From Eledone cirrhosa (Eukaryota): 64,000 bases of DNA. Each line of letters opens with the position of its first letter. Position 1 is the stretch's first letter. The position numbers and the translations under genes were made by a program. The stretch is from contig OZ024749.1 of NCBI GenBank assembly GCA_964016885.1, positions 36,766,001-36,830,000 of the forward strand, in the 5' to 3' direction. The notes under the pieces were generated by a model that was not told the origin of the DNA, did no database searches, and worked only from the letters and a program-made list of their open reading frames with translations. This document shows, one piece after another, positions 28,960 through 44,210 of this stretch.

Positions 28960-30315
28960 ATATATTATATATATATTATATATATATATATTATATATAT
29001 ATATATATGATATATATATTATATATATATTATATATATCTTCATGTTCGTTTAACGTCCATCTTCCATACATATATATTATATATATATATAATATATG
29101 TATAACATATATTATATATATATGTTATACATATATATGTTATACATATATATATTATACATGTATATATATTATACATATATATATATTATACATATAT
29201 ATATATTATACATGTATATATATTATACATATATATCTATTATATATATACATATATATACATATATATCTATTATATATATACATATATATACATATAT
29301 ATCTATTATATATATACATATATATACATATAATACATATATATATATTATACATATATATATATTATACATGTATATATATTATACATATATATCTATT
29401 ATATATATACATATATATATATATAATATATATATATATTATACATATATATATATTATACATATATATATATTATACATATATATATATTATACATATA
29501 TATCTATTATATATATACATATATATATATATAATACATATATATATATTATATATATATTATATATTATATATATATCCAATATACATATATAATATTT
29601 ACATATAATATATATATATCTATTATGTATACATATATTAAATATATTATCTATATATAACATATATATAAAATATATACATATAATATATATATATATA
29701 TTATATATACATATATATATTATACATATTATACCTATGTTTATTATATATATATATTATACATATATTATATATATATTATACATATATTATATATATA
29801 TTATATATACATATATATATATAATATATATTTATATATAATATATATATATATAATATATATCTATATATAATAGATATATAATATATATATATAATAT
29901 ATATCTATATATAATAGATATATAATATATATATATAATATATATCTATATATAATATATATATAATATATATATATATAATATATATATATATATAATA
30001 TATATCTATATATAATATATATATAATATATATCTATATATAATTTATATATAATTTTTATATATATTATATATATATCATACATATATATATTATATTT
30101 ATATATATTATATATATATCATTAATATATATATATTATATTTATATATATTATATATATATCATTAATATATGTATTATATATATCATACATATATATA
30201 ATATATATATATATCATACATATATATATTATATATATATATCATACATATATATATTATATATATATAAATTTTTATTATATACTTATATATATAACAT
30301 ATATATATATATATT

Positions 30316-30750
30316 ATAGAAAGATTTGAATGGATACAGTTTAGTTGAAAGGAATTTATTGACACGTGTTTCTATAACAGTTACATAACCTAAAACAGCT
30401 ATCTACAAACTTTTAGTTATGCAGACATTCAATATTTCAATGTTATTATTTACTGTCATTTCATCAATATTATTTACTGTCATTTCATTCTGATGAAATG
30501 ACAGTAAATAATAACATTGAAATATTGAATGTCTGCATAACTAAAAGTTTGTAGATAGCTGTTTTAGGTTATGTAACTGTTATAGAAACACGTGTCAATA
30601 AATTCCTTTCAACTAAACTGTATCCATTCAAATCTTTCTATTTTTCTCCGGATTACTTTTGGAACTACAACTGGAACCGTCGAGCAAACTCTACGTGAGC
30701 TGATAAACTACTGTGTGTAATATTTATATTACAACACAACGGAAAATACT
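30316..30750 (+). mobile_element. Hammerhead-bearing fold-back element
   Basis: Perfect ~151-bp arms 30316-30466/30491-30641 plus a 3' tail; (TA)n flanks. Confidence 0.7.
30487..30603 (+). ncRNA. Hammerhead with extended (~90 nt) stem II region
   Basis: CTGATGA at 30490 and GAAACACGTGTC at 30585-30596 (palindromic stem III, GTC site). Stem I is mostly lost at the fold-back junction. Confidence 0.55.
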
Positions 30751-31015
30751 GTATATATATATTATATATATATATATTTTTATTATATATACATATTATA
30801 CATATATATATATTATATATATATATATTATTTTTATTATACATATATATAATATATATATATTATATATGTTATGTATTATATTATTATATATATATAT
30901 ATATATATTATTTTTTATATATATATATATATATAATATATATATATATATATAATATATTATATATATATATTATATATAAATGAATATATATTATATA
31001 TATATATACATATAA

Positions 31016-31111
<96 letters not shown>

Positions 31112-31470
31112 CATATGTATATGTGTGTATGTGTTTGTGTGCATGGTCACAGACTCACCAAGATTAATACTAAAATTAATACTTTACTGTATCAATTGTT
31201 ATTTTCTCTTGAATAAAACAATATTTACACCTTTCTAGAAATAAACTCTTTCTCCTTCTCATTCTTCTTTTCCTTTCTTTAAATGGTGACAATCTACACA
31301 CACTGTTTTTCAATCTATACACTCAGCATTTCCATATATGGACACTCACATAATGCACAATAACACCAAATTTTTAACATATACTTTACATTCATTTGTA
31401 AATATTATATAAATATATGCTCACATGTATATATATATATATATGTTTTTATATACATGCACAACATATA

Positions 31471-31527
<57 letters not shown>

Positions 31528-31974
31528 ATATACTTATGTTTGTATGAAAATATATATATGTATGTATATATGTATTTATGTATATAATCATATGTATGTG
31601 TAAAAATATATATATAAATATACACCCATGGATTTTGAAGAAATGAACAAGTGTAAAGTGTTAAAGTGAAATAAATACCAGTTGTACTACTATAGTGTTT
31701 TCTTGATTTTTATTATGATTTATACTGATTTATATTATGATTTTATTATGATTTATATGTACATACTGTATATATATATTATATATATATATATGCTTAT
31801 ATATATTAGATATATATATACGTATATATTATGTATACTTATAAATATTATTAATATATATACTTATACATATTATGTGTATATATACTTATAAATATTA
31901 TTAATATATATACTTATAGATATTATATATATATTTTCTTTTCCTTTTCTTATGACAGGCTGAATGAGTTTGGG

Positions 31975-32625
31975 TCCAGAACCCAACGAAACTTAAGTAC
32001 ACTGTTGTCCTTCTCTTCTCCAATTTTGCCCGACCCCACCTTGAATACTGTTGTCCACTGTGGTCACCCCACTCAAAACAAAGTATCATGAAAGTTGAAG
32101 CACCCCAAAGGTCAATTACAAAAAAGATAGTTTGCATGACAGGCCTTGACTATTGGGGTCGATTAGAAAAGCTCAAACTTTATTCTCTTCAACGTTGCCG
32201 TGAGCGCTACAATATCTGTATGATGTGGAAAATATTCCATCAGCTTAGCCCAAATGATATTGGCATCACCTTTAGTGTACACCCAAGGCTTGGGTCCTGT
32301 GCTATCTGCCCACGACAAAAATCCCACTCGCATCACATAACAACAATACAGCACAATTATTTCACCTCAATTGGCCCTGCACTCTTTAACATTACACCAA
32401 AACACATCAAAGCAGAGACAGACCCCATCAAGTTCAAGATGTCTTTGGATAAATTCCTTCAAGAAATCCCGGATAAGCCTCCTACACCCGGATATACCTC
32501 CGTAAACAATAACTCTCTGCTCAAGTGGGCCATGGTGCCCAAACACTGATTTGTAAGACATCGTCAGGTGGTGCTGTTAAGTTAGACATGGCCTGGGCCA
32601 ATACTGGCCGAAACCTATCAAAGTT
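31975..32625 (+). mobile_element. CR1-like LINE 3' fragment (degenerate post-RT region and 3' UTR)
   Basis: RPHLEYCCPLWSP, LEKLKLYSLQRCRERY and FKMSLDKFLQEIPDKP motifs; ends in (TA)n. Confidence 0.8.
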
Positions 32626-32634
32626 ATATATATG

Positions 32635-32666
<32 letters not shown>

Positions 32667-33084
32667 TATATAAGTATGTACACGTACATACATATATGTA
32701 TACAGACGTACAGTAGTATGTATATATATATATACATGCACACATATATATATGTACGTATGGATTCACCGAACATTTATTATAATGCTTGGTGTGTTTG
32801 TAAACAAACATCCCGTATTAAGCCGTAGTGTCTAGCAACCATCGTTGCTCATTTGTTCAACACTGACAAAGGAACGCTGTACTAGTTTCAAGTTTATTAG
32901 CTATCGTCAGCAACGTATACCTTCCTGCCAGATTGTTGAACGTATATACTTACCTTATGCATATTAACGGCTGAGTAGCCCAATTTGCATATCGAGTGGG
33001 TTAATCGGCCGGGTACACCGAAAACGATAAACAGAAAAAATGAAACGAAATTTCATTTCCCACTCTTAGTACAGCTGTTGTATC

Positions 33085-34355
33085 ACATGTGGACGTGATA
33101 TATCTTGACTTTGCGAAGGCCTTTGACAAGGTCGACCACGGAATGATATGTCACAAACTACATGGACTCGGCATAACTGGAAAAGTAGGTGAGTGGCTGC
33201 ATGATATCCTAAAGGACAGAAGCCAGACAGTCGCAGCAAACGCGGACCTCTCAAAGTAAACACCAATAACAAGTGGGGTGCCCCAGGGGACAGTCCTGGG
33301 ACCACTACTGTTTTTGGTGGCTCTCACAGACATGCCCTCTGTAGTACATAGAACAACATCCCTCACTAGCTATGCTGATGACATTAAGGTAGCACAGGCA
33401 ATCAAAAACCCGGCTGACGCTGCCCTTTTACAACAAGATCTGGATGCCATATCCAAATGGGCGGAAGAAAACAACATGCAGTTTAATGCTGGCAAATTCC
33501 AAGCCCTACAATACAAACATCCAAACAAACCTGCAAACACAAATATAGTACAACACAACTACACAGGACCAGGAGGGACCGATATCCCTGTGTCAAAATC
33601 GATACGAGACCTGGGCATAGACATGAGCGATGATGCATCTTTTTCCTCACACATCATGAAAGTGGCGACAATGTGCAGACAACTCACTGGCTGGATCTTG
33701 AGGACTTTCCGGACAAGAGACCGAGACACCATGTTGACACTATGGAGGACATTTGTCCTAAGGCGCCTGGACTACTGCTCCCAGTTGTGGTCACCCCATA
33801 ATGTCAAACTAACCACGGAGCTTGAGGCAATCCAGCGAAGTTATACCAAGAGGATTGCCATGATGAAGGAGACAAGCGACTGGGAGAGGCTAAAGGAACT
33901 GAACCTCTACTCCTTGGAATGAAGACAGGAGAGATACAGTGATCTACATGTGGAAAATCCTGGAGGGACTAGCACCAAACTTTGGCATTGGGAGCTGGAC
34001 CAACTGTCGAACAGGACGTCACTGTGTGGTGCCAAAGGTCCCGTCTTCCACATGTAGAATAAGGAGCAGGTATTGCAATAGCCTGGGATTCAAGGGCCCT
34101 CAACTCTTCAACAAGCTGAGGGATCTGAGAAATTTGCCTGACATGGAGGTGGATGTCTTCAAGAAACATCTCGACACCTTGCTATCCAGGATCCCGGATG
34201 AACCCACAGCAAGGCACGAGGGAAACCTAAGGGCAGCAGCAACAAACTCCCTCTTACACCAGTGGCCAACCTATACAGGCTGGAGATAAAATGTGTAGCA
34301 ACAGGGACAGTGTCCCAGCATGGCCTCAGCCGGATGGCTGAAACAGGTAAAAGAG
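33085..34355 (+). mobile_element. CR1-like LINE reverse transcriptase fragment, inactivated
   Basis: VDVIYLDFAKAFDKVDHG, GVPQGTVLGPLLF, YADD and LDYCSQLWSP motifs; premature stops near 33257 and 33920. Confidence 0.9.
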
Positions 34356-35202
34356 TAATATGTGTATATATATATGTGTATATATATATGTGTATATATA
34401 TGTATATATATATATGTATATATATATATGTATATATATATATGTGTATATATATGTATATATATATATGTATATATATATGTATATATATATGCATATA
34501 TATATATATATATATGTAAATATATATATATGTATGTATGTATATATATATGTATATATATATATATGTATTTATATATATATATGTATGTATGTATATA
34601 TATATGTATATATATATATATATGTATTTATATATATATATGTATGTATGTATATATATATGTATATATATATATATATGTATTTATATATATATATGTA
34701 TGTATATATATATATGTATGTATATATATATGTATGTATATATATATATATGCGTCAAGCAGTAATACAGAGTACCCGACCTCCCATGGGTACATGCTGA
34801 AGCATATAAACAATATGCCCCCACACCCCCCACCGCAAGGTGGTCGTGGAGGTGCCACGGCAAAAAAGCACCCAGCCCACACTGTAAAGTGGACGTGTAG
34901 GCGCCACGAAAAAGCACCCAGCACTCACTGTAAATGAAGTTGGTGTTAGGAAGGGCATCCAGCTGTAGAAATCAAGCCAGATCAGTTCCTGTATGAGCAA
35001 GGCATGGTCAGCCGACCAGACACTGCACACAACAGGACAACCCGTCTAACCCATGCTAGCGTGGAAGAACGGACGTAAAACGGTGATGATGATGATGATG
35101 ATGATATGTATTTATATATATATATATATATGTATGTATATATATATGTATGTATGTATATATATATGTATGTATATATATATATATGTATATATATATA
35201 TG

Positions 35203-35241
<39 letters not shown>

Positions 35242-35309
35242 ATATATATATATATATGTATGTATATATATATATATATGTATGTATATATATATATATA
35301 TATATGTAT

Positions 35310-35341
<32 letters not shown>

Positions 35342-35352
35342 ATATATATATG

Positions 35353-35385
<33 letters not shown>

Positions 35386-35490
35386 GTATATATACATATG
35401 TATATGTATATATACATATGTATATATATGTATATGTATATATATATATGTATATATATGTATATATATATACATGTATAAATATATATG

Positions 35491-35525
<35 letters not shown>

Positions 35526-35566
35526 GTATATATATATGTATATATATATATGTATATATATGTGTT

Positions 35567-35621
<55 letters not shown>

Positions 35622-35653
35622 GTATATATATATATGCATATATATATATGTAT

Positions 35654-35971
35654 GGAGGCACATGGCTTAGTGGTTAGAGCATTGGCCTTGCAATCGAAAG
35701 GTTGTGAGTTCAATTCTCAGACCGGGTGATGTGTTGTTTCCTTTATTTCACACTGCTCCAGTTTACTCAGCTGTAGAAATGAGATGATAGGGACTGGGGT
35801 CCCTATCATTCCACTGCAAAGTGGTTGTGGAGGTGCCACGGAAAAAAACCACCCAGCACTCACTGTAAATGAGATTGGTTTTAGGAAGGGCATCCAGCTG
35901 TAGAAATCAAGCCAGAATCAGTTCCCATCCCACCCTTGCAAGCATGGCTAAGCGGACGTAAAATGATGATG

Positions 35972-35977
<6 letters not shown>
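35654..35977 (+). mobile_element. tRNA-derived SINE with RTE-type 3' end
   Basis: A box TGGCTTAGTGG, B box GTTCAATTC, AGGAAGGGCATCCAGC segment and (ATG)n tail. Confidence 0.82.
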
Positions 35978-36014
<37 letters not shown>

Positions 36015-36597
36015 ATATATATATAACAAAATATAGTTATAGGTAATCCAATTAGAGGTTGTGAATACTTCTTATTATGGATAGTTGTAGCGTACGGCGC
36101 TGTTTGACTCAACAAGAGGCTTACGTAGATTACGAGCTTATGATTTCACTTGTTTTCCTACGTAAGTTTATCTTGGAGTAATAAAATTGAAAAAGTGAAG
36201 AATAACATGGTCAACAGTACAAAAAAGGGGATTTATTTACAGTCTGACAATTGTTTCACTGATAAAGATGTCTAAAAATTGCTGAACACTAGAAGCAGTG
36301 CCACTCAATTTTAAATACGATGTTAGCTCGATCAGATCTTGGGAAACTGTTATACAAAATACAAAACATATATAACCGGCAAATTTACAAATTCAAATTA
36401 CATCATCAATAATAATATTAATAATAAAGATATAGAGAGAAAAGAAGGAGGAAGAAAGGGAGATAGATACAGTAAGGAAAGAGAGGAAAAGGAAAAGAAA
36501 AAAGAAGAAAGAAAAAGAGAAAGAAGAAGGAGAAAAGGAAGAAGTAGAAGAAGTGATTACAGAGGAAAATATAAAGAGAAGAAAATATATGGAAATG

Positions 36598-36857
36598 ATA
36601 TTGCCAAGATATCAAAAGAACCTTACGTTAGCAAATTTAACAATCCTAAATATTTTTGGGTTTAAAAACCCATTATCAAGTGAGTAACCCTATAACAGAC
36701 TTAAAAAATCGATTTAACTTCAATCTGCTCTCCAAACAAGCAAGTCAATCCAATCGATATTTTAAGTCTGTGATAGGGTTACTCCCTATGACAGACTTAA
36801 AATATTTGGGATTGTTAAATTTGCTAAGGTAAGATTCTTTTGTTATTTTGGCAATAT
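36598..36857. repeat. Nested imperfect inverted repeats
   Basis: Outer arms ~36598-36655/36799-36857; inner arms ~36682-36713/36752-36784. Confidence 0.7.
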
Positions 36858-36919
36858 AATGTTCTCTTTAATGCTTTGTTTGGCTTTCAAAATTTATATA
36901 TATATATATATATATATAT

Positions 36920-37369
36920 GTAGGAGGTGAGTTTTATTGTAGTACAATAAAGCAATGCAGATATCGGATAAGAAGCACTCTACAGTTTGTAGGACTGGAG
37001 TATAAATAATATATAAGATCAAAAGATGGTTAAAAGAGTTCCATGTATTTTATTATGCGCATTTCAAAAACAAATATCATCATGCAATAACATTTGTGTT
37101 TTCATCAGATAAAATAGGAAGACATGATATGAAGGTTAAAAAACACTTGTGAATAGTGCAGTTTAAAATCAACATATGATATGCAGTTTAAAATCAACAT
37201 ATCATATGTTAATTTTAAACTGCACTATTCACAAGTGTTTTTTAACCTTCATATCATGTCTTCCTATTTTATCTGATGAAAACACAAATGTTATTGCATG
37301 ATGATATTTGTTTTTGAAATGCGCATAATAAAATACATGGAACTCTTTTAACTATCTTTTGATCTTAAA

Positions 37370-37375
<6 letters not shown>
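36920..37375 (-). mobile_element. Hammerhead-bearing fold-back element (tail on the left)
   Basis: ~177-bp inverted arms ~37006-37183/37198-37375 plus tail 36920-37005; (TA)n flanks. Confidence 0.7.
37265..37335 (+). ncRNA. Type I hammerhead ribozyme (mirror copy on - at 37046-37116)
   Basis: Perfect 8-bp stem I TATTTTAT/ATAAAATA, CTGATGA(37273), stem II ACAAATGTTAT/ATGATATTTGT, GAAA-TGCGCAT-A. Confidence 0.82.
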
Positions 37376-37400
<25 letters not shown>

Positions 37401-37580
37401 GTTTCTCTCTCTCCATAACCCAAGGGCTTATTTAAATCTACTCTGATTTAAAAATATCCGAAACTAATTTACATAATAGTATAAATAAATTTATAACCCC
37501 ACTATCCGGGAGCTTCCAACAGAAATGGTCGCATTCTTTAAGGTTATGTCAATATTTATTTATAAAACTGCTCTATATTA

Positions 37581-37645
37581 TATTTTATCTGATGAAAGTA
37601 CACCATAATTTAACTTGGTGTCCTTGAAATATGTATAATGAAATA
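37581..37645 (+). ncRNA. Type I hammerhead ribozyme, same family as the 8879 copy
   Basis: TATTTTAT-CTGATGA(37589)-AAGTACACCA/TGGTGTCCTT-GAAA-TATGTAT-A-ATGAAATA; the downstream flank matches 8936-8984. Confidence 0.75.
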
Positions 37646-37686
37646 AATATGGTTTTAAAAATATAGTTTTCATTTGTTAATATATC

Positions 37687-37723
<37 letters not shown>

Positions 37724-37876
37724 AAAGGAGTCAAGACCCCGACAGTACCCACTCTACTACTCTAAGTATTGAGTACTCTGGTGCGTTATGGTCCACCTGG
37801 TTCCTTACCACACTTCCTTCGTTTTATATATATATATATAGATATACACACACACATATACATATAAAGAGGTATG

Positions 37877-37908
<32 letters not shown>

Positions 37909-37939
37909 TATATATATATACACACATATATATATATAT

Positions 37940-38297
37940 GGAGGCACATGGCTTAGTGGTTAGAGCATTGGCCTTGCAATCGAAAGGTTGTGAGTTCTAT
38001 TCTCAGACCGGGAGATGTGTTGTTTCCTTGAGCAAGACACTTTATTTCACATTGCTCCAGTTTACTCAGCTGTAGAAATGAGATGATAGGGACTGAGGTC
38101 CCTATCATTCCACTGCAAAGTGGTCGTGGAGGTGCCACGGCAAAAAAGCACCCAGCACTCACTGTAAATGAGGTTGGTGTTAGGAAGGGCATCCAGCTGT
38201 AGAAATCAAGCCAGAATCAGTTCCCGTCCCACCCTTGCAAGCAGGGAAAAAGCGGACGTAAAATGATGATGATGTTGATGATGATGATGATGATGAT
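37940..38297 (+). mobile_element. tRNA-derived SINE (same family; central CCTTGAGCAAGACACTT, Meta/CORE-like)
   Basis: Near-identical to the 35654 and 42359 copies; (ATG)n tail. Confidence 0.85.
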
Positions 38298-38962
38298 ATC
38301 TTTGCTTTGGCCCCATTCGGTCACGAATGACCATGGTTTTGCACCTAGAAAGTTTCCCTCCGAGGTACAAGCCTGGGAAAGGGTTTTTTGAGGAAGACCA
38401 GCAGTCGCCTGTGCATAACAACCTCCGCTCTCCATGCCATCGAATTTTGTTCAAGGGAAAGGCAATGGCCGACACAGCTTGGCATCAGTGACGTCGCAAC
38501 TCATTTCTACAGCTGAGTAAGCTGGAGCAACATGAAATAAATATATATATACACACACACATATATATATATATACATATATATACACACACACACACAC
38601 ATATATATATATCATCATCATCATCATCAACGTTTAACGTCCGTGTTCCACGCTTGCATGGGTTTGGACGGGGGTAGTCCCACTTGAGGCAAGAGTGGTT
38701 GTCTTGCTCGCATAGGACTGTCTGGCAGGTTTTCTACAGTTGGATGCCCTTCCTAACACCAACCACATTTACAGTGTGGGTCTGGGAGGTTTTTACCGTG
38801 TTGCCTACACGGCCACATTACAGCGTGGACTGTGTGTTTTTTTGTCGTGACACCTACACGATCTCATTTGTTTCGGCCTGGATGGCGCGGCACCAACATA
38901 ACTTTACATAGGACGGGGTGGTGTGGATGGGTGGGGGTGGTGGCGGGACGGGGTGTATTTTG

Positions 38963-39188
38963 TTAGAGATGCCTACTGGCAAGGCGGGTCTTCTCTGTTA
39001 CTGAGTACCGCCAAAGGTCTCGGTCCAGTGACATTGTCTTGGAGAGGTGTAAGTGTGTGAGGTCGGAGTTTATCAGCTCGTCCCAGGTTTTTCTAGGTCT
39101 GCCTATTCCGTGGCTACCGTCTATCTTTATTGCCCTGCACTTTGTTATACAGCTATCGACTTTCATGCGCATCATGTGTCCACGTGAT

Positions 39189-39190
<2 letters not shown>
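38963..39190 (-). mobile_element. RTE LINE 3' fragment
   Basis: GHMMRM...[15 protein letters not shown]...DRDLWR. Confidence 0.8.
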
Positions 39191-39267
<77 letters not shown>

Positions 39268-39272
39268 TATAC

Positions 39273-39303
<31 letters not shown>

Positions 39304-39363
39304 TATATATATATATATATATACACACACACTTATACATATATATATATATATACACACACT

Positions 39364-39449
<86 letters not shown>

Positions 39450-39470
39450 CATATATACACACACATATAC

Positions 39471-39523
<53 letters not shown>

Positions 39524-39786
39524 CACACACATATATATATATATATATATGATAATAATGATGGCTGCGCGTTGCAAATGGTGGTGCATATGAAAAAGTA
39601 AGTCCTTCATCAGTGACCCTCCAACCGTCCCAGGCATTTCATCGCTTTAAGGGCCATATGCCTCAGGTTGGTGCGAACAACGGCTAAAAAAAGTCGTTGG
39701 GACACGTAAATAAAGGGGACGTTAGGGTAACAAACAAAATGGTTTAAGCAACGGAAAGTGAGAAGAAATAGACAAGTCCCAGATCT

Positions 39787-39893
<107 letters not shown>

Positions 39894-39910
39894 TATATAT
39901 ATGTATATAT

Positions 39911-40235
39911 ATATTATCAAGAAAACGAAAAATCAGTGATGCATCTGGACTTCGTTTATTTCGTGTCACAAATTTTTTTGCCGGCATGTAGCTGGAGTCA
40001 TGGTCCATGTATGGATCTGGCTGATTCTACTTCTGCGGGTTCTTTCAGACACGTCTGTTATGTCTGGAGCAAATTTTATCCGAAATTTTATCCGAAATCA
40101 TTTGTGACACGAAATAAACAAAGTCCAGATGCATCACTGATTTTTTGTTTTCTTTATAATATCTACACTCTACTCTGATGAATATCGAGTGCTAATTTTG
40201 GCATACTGCCTATGGAAGCACCATAGCTACCACTA
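39911..40235. repeat. Inverted repeat with one-sided tail inside (TA)n
   Basis: Arms ~39911-39973/40100-40162, tail to ~40235. Confidence 0.75.
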
Positions 40236-40236
40236 T

Positions 40237-40337
<101 letters not shown>

Positions 40338-40342
40338 TATAT

Positions 40343-40385
<43 letters not shown>

Positions 40386-40518
40386 TATATATATACACAC
40401 ACATATATATATATATATATACGCACACATATATACACACACATATATATACACACACACATATATATATATATACACACACATATATATATATACACAC
40501 ACACACACATATATATAT

Positions 40519-40979
<461 letters not shown>

Positions 40980-41096
40980 ACGAAGGAAATGTGGTAACGA
41001 ACCAGATGGACCATAACGCACCAAAGTAGTCAATACTTAGGGTAGAATTAGCCCTCGAAACGGCTTGAGCTCAGCCGTCGGGGTCCTACTCGTTCC

Positions 41097-41133
<37 letters not shown>

Positions 41134-41302
41134 ATATATATATGTATATATATGTATATATATGTATATATATATATGTAAATATATATATGTAAATATA
41201 TATATGTATATATATATATGTATATATATATATGTATGTATATATATATATGTAAATATATATATGTAAATATATATATGTATATATATATATGTATATA
41301 TA

Positions 41303-41343
<41 letters not shown>

Positions 41344-41370
41344 ATATATATATATATATATGTGTATATA

Positions 41371-41509
<139 letters not shown>

Positions 41510-41660
41510 GTGTATATATATATATATATACTGTAAACACTATGCAATGTTCAAGATGGATGAGTTGCATATCATCGAGGGTTTTTCTCATATTACTGCA
41601 TGGTTAACATTGCAGAAAGACCCATTCTACCCAGTGGTAAACCACTAAATTTTCACACAC

Positions 41661-41716
<56 letters not shown>

Positions 41717-41723
41717 ATATATA

Positions 41724-41921
<198 letters not shown>

Positions 41922-42103
41922 TATACATATATATATGTAGTTGAATATACAGGAGAGATAAACATACATGTGTTCGAATTGTAAAGGACCAGTTTTACTA
42001 GGGTGTAAAAATACTAACTATAACAATATGGTTTGCCACACTTAATTTAAAATAGTAAATTAAGAAAAAGAATAATAAACCTATATTGGGAAACTGCCTG
42101 AAA

Positions 42104-42185
42104 ACACCTAGACAGTTATAGAAACTGTTTCATAAAATTATTATTAAGTGAAGGCATCACCAACTCTCTGTTCATCAGTAGGTGT
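42104..42185 (-). ncRNA. Type I hammerhead ribozyme
   Basis: 7-bp stem I ACACCTA/TAGGTGT, CTGATGA, GAAA, stem III ACAGTT/AACTGT, GTC site; stem II imperfect. Confidence 0.72.
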
Positions 42186-42288
42186 AAAAATTACCGATCC
42201 TTCCACTTCTAAAAATATTAGAAGACTGAATTGTGTGCGATATGGAATATATATATATATACATATATTTGTATATATGTGTGTGTGC

Positions 42289-42319
<31 letters not shown>

Positions 42320-42358
42320 CACACACACATATATATATATACACACACATATATATAT

Positions 42359-42686
42359 GAAATGGGTTAATGGTTAGAGTATTGGCCTTGCAATCGAAAG
42401 GTTGTGAGTTCAATTCTCACACCGGGTGGTGTTTTGTTTCCTTGAGCAAGACACGTTATTTCACATTGCTCCAGTTTACTCAGCTGTAGAAATGAGATGA
42501 TAGGGACTGGGGTCCCTATCATTCCACTGCAAACTGGTCGTGGAGGTGCCACGGCAATAAAGCACCCAACACTCACTGTAAATGAGGTTGGTGTTAGGAA
42601 GGGCATCCAGCTGTAGAAATCAAGCCAGAATCAGTTCCCGTCCCACCCTTGCACGCAGGGAAAAGCGGACATAAAATGAAAATGAT
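42359..42686 (+). mobile_element. tRNA-derived SINE (same family)
   Basis: Homologous to the 37940 copy. Confidence 0.8.
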
Positions 42687-42707
42687 ATATATATATTCAT
42701 ATATATT

Positions 42708-42751
<44 letters not shown>

Positions 42752-43099
42752 ACCCTCTCTCTCTCTATATATATATATAGGCTGGGTATAGAATGTGTAG
42801 CAGCAAATGCAGTGCCTCAACATGGTCTGAGCCAGGTAACTGACTATATATGGAACCTGACTACCTCCTACTACATTCTTGATACCACTTTCCTGACCAA
42901 CACATGCATGGAAAGTTAAACATGCTACACAACAGACTCCCAAGTGCAACTTACTCTCTTCAAGGCCACCCTCAAGGCACGTTGCTTGCTCTCCAATTGT
43001 GATGGTGATATGACAAATATTATCCGGTCCATCTTTTAAGTCAAACTGGTACCACAACATATAGCTCCCAGTCCACCCTGTAAAGTGTTATTAGTGGGA

Positions 43100-44210
43100 C
43101 CATGTTGGAAGCTTTCATTTTTCCATACTAGGATGGGTTAAACGGGTTGTCTCATTGTGTGACTAGAGGCCACTAAATGTTGCTTCATTCCATGCACATA
43201 CGAAGTACTGCACAATGCCAGAGATCACACTCCAGTGTCTTCACCTTTGAGAGGTGCAATTGTGTGTGGTCAATTTTTATCACCTCATCCATAGCTACCA
43301 TCAGCCTTGATTGGTCTGTTCCTTTTTATACAGTTGTCATCCATCCTATACATCACATGTTCATACCACTGCATCTGATCCATCTTTTGCCCTGTTTATC
43401 TACATCCATTAGAGCATGCAAGCTTCATTTCTTTCCAGTCTTTGTAGGCCCTCTGCACACAGCACCCAGGTCTCACTACCATGCAGCATTGCTGTTCATA
43501 TATACACATTATAGAATCTGCCCTTCATTTTGAGGGAAAATCCTTTTGTAGTTAGCAGTGTTAGTAGCTCCTTGAACTTTCTCCATCCAGCTGTTGTCTT
43601 TTTAGAACACCCACCTCCACTGCTAATTTGTTCACCCAGGTAACAAACTATCAACTGCTTCTATAGAGCCCTCAGAACATTTAAAGGAGCTAGTATCCTG
43701 TGAGCTCTTGCATTGACCACATATAAAACTTATGTTCTTTGCTAGCCTGCCTGAGTTCTCATTACATCTCTTGTGTACCCATAGTTTTCATACATTTGGG
43801 ACATAAGATGGAATTTCTACCTGTTCCTTTTCCACACACTGAGCAGGGCCATTTCCCTGAGGAGATCTCAACCCTGTTTTCCTTTCTACTTACTACAGAT
43901 ATAATTTTCCTTTCTACAGATAAAATTGTTATAGGTGTTCTGTCTAGAACAAGTTTAAGTTTAATGATTCTGTTGTTCACTCTATTTACACCAATTACCT
44001 TATCTATCCACGTTTTTGCTCCCCACAACCCGTTGTCATTTCCCATCTAGAAAAGTTTGTAGCACCTTTTTTCTGCTGACAAGGAATCTAGCTGACATTC
44101 TCATCCATCTTGTCTCTTGTACAAAACACACATCAGTTCTAGCATCTCTACAATCTCTCCTGTTTTTCCTTTCATTGTGCCTACATTGATGGTGCCAGCT
44201 CTGAAATTAT
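43100..44210 (-). mobile_element. Degenerate, internally deleted RTE LINE (endonuclease start, zinc-finger-like segment, 3' end)
   Basis: GTINVGTMKGK...QETRW, GKWPCSVCGKGTGRNSILC and YLGEQIS...GGCS remnants with many disruptions. Confidence 0.72.

Noticed and set aside
32590-32622. GGCC-AATACT-GGCC-GAAAC as a hammerhead (similar at ~34327-34345)
   Set aside because: No CTGANGA box; better explained as a LINE 3' stem-loop.
35654-35725. tRNA genes (also at 37940, 42359, 50287 and 9777)
   Set aside because: A/B boxes run straight into SINE bodies and tails, and the cloverleafs are imperfect.
38308-38470. HDV-like ribozyme on - (ends GGTCATTCGTGACCGAATGGGG)
   Set aside because: A P4/J4-2-like end is present, but I could not assemble P1, P2 and P3 convincingly. 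Probably part of a SINE or LINE-derived repeat.
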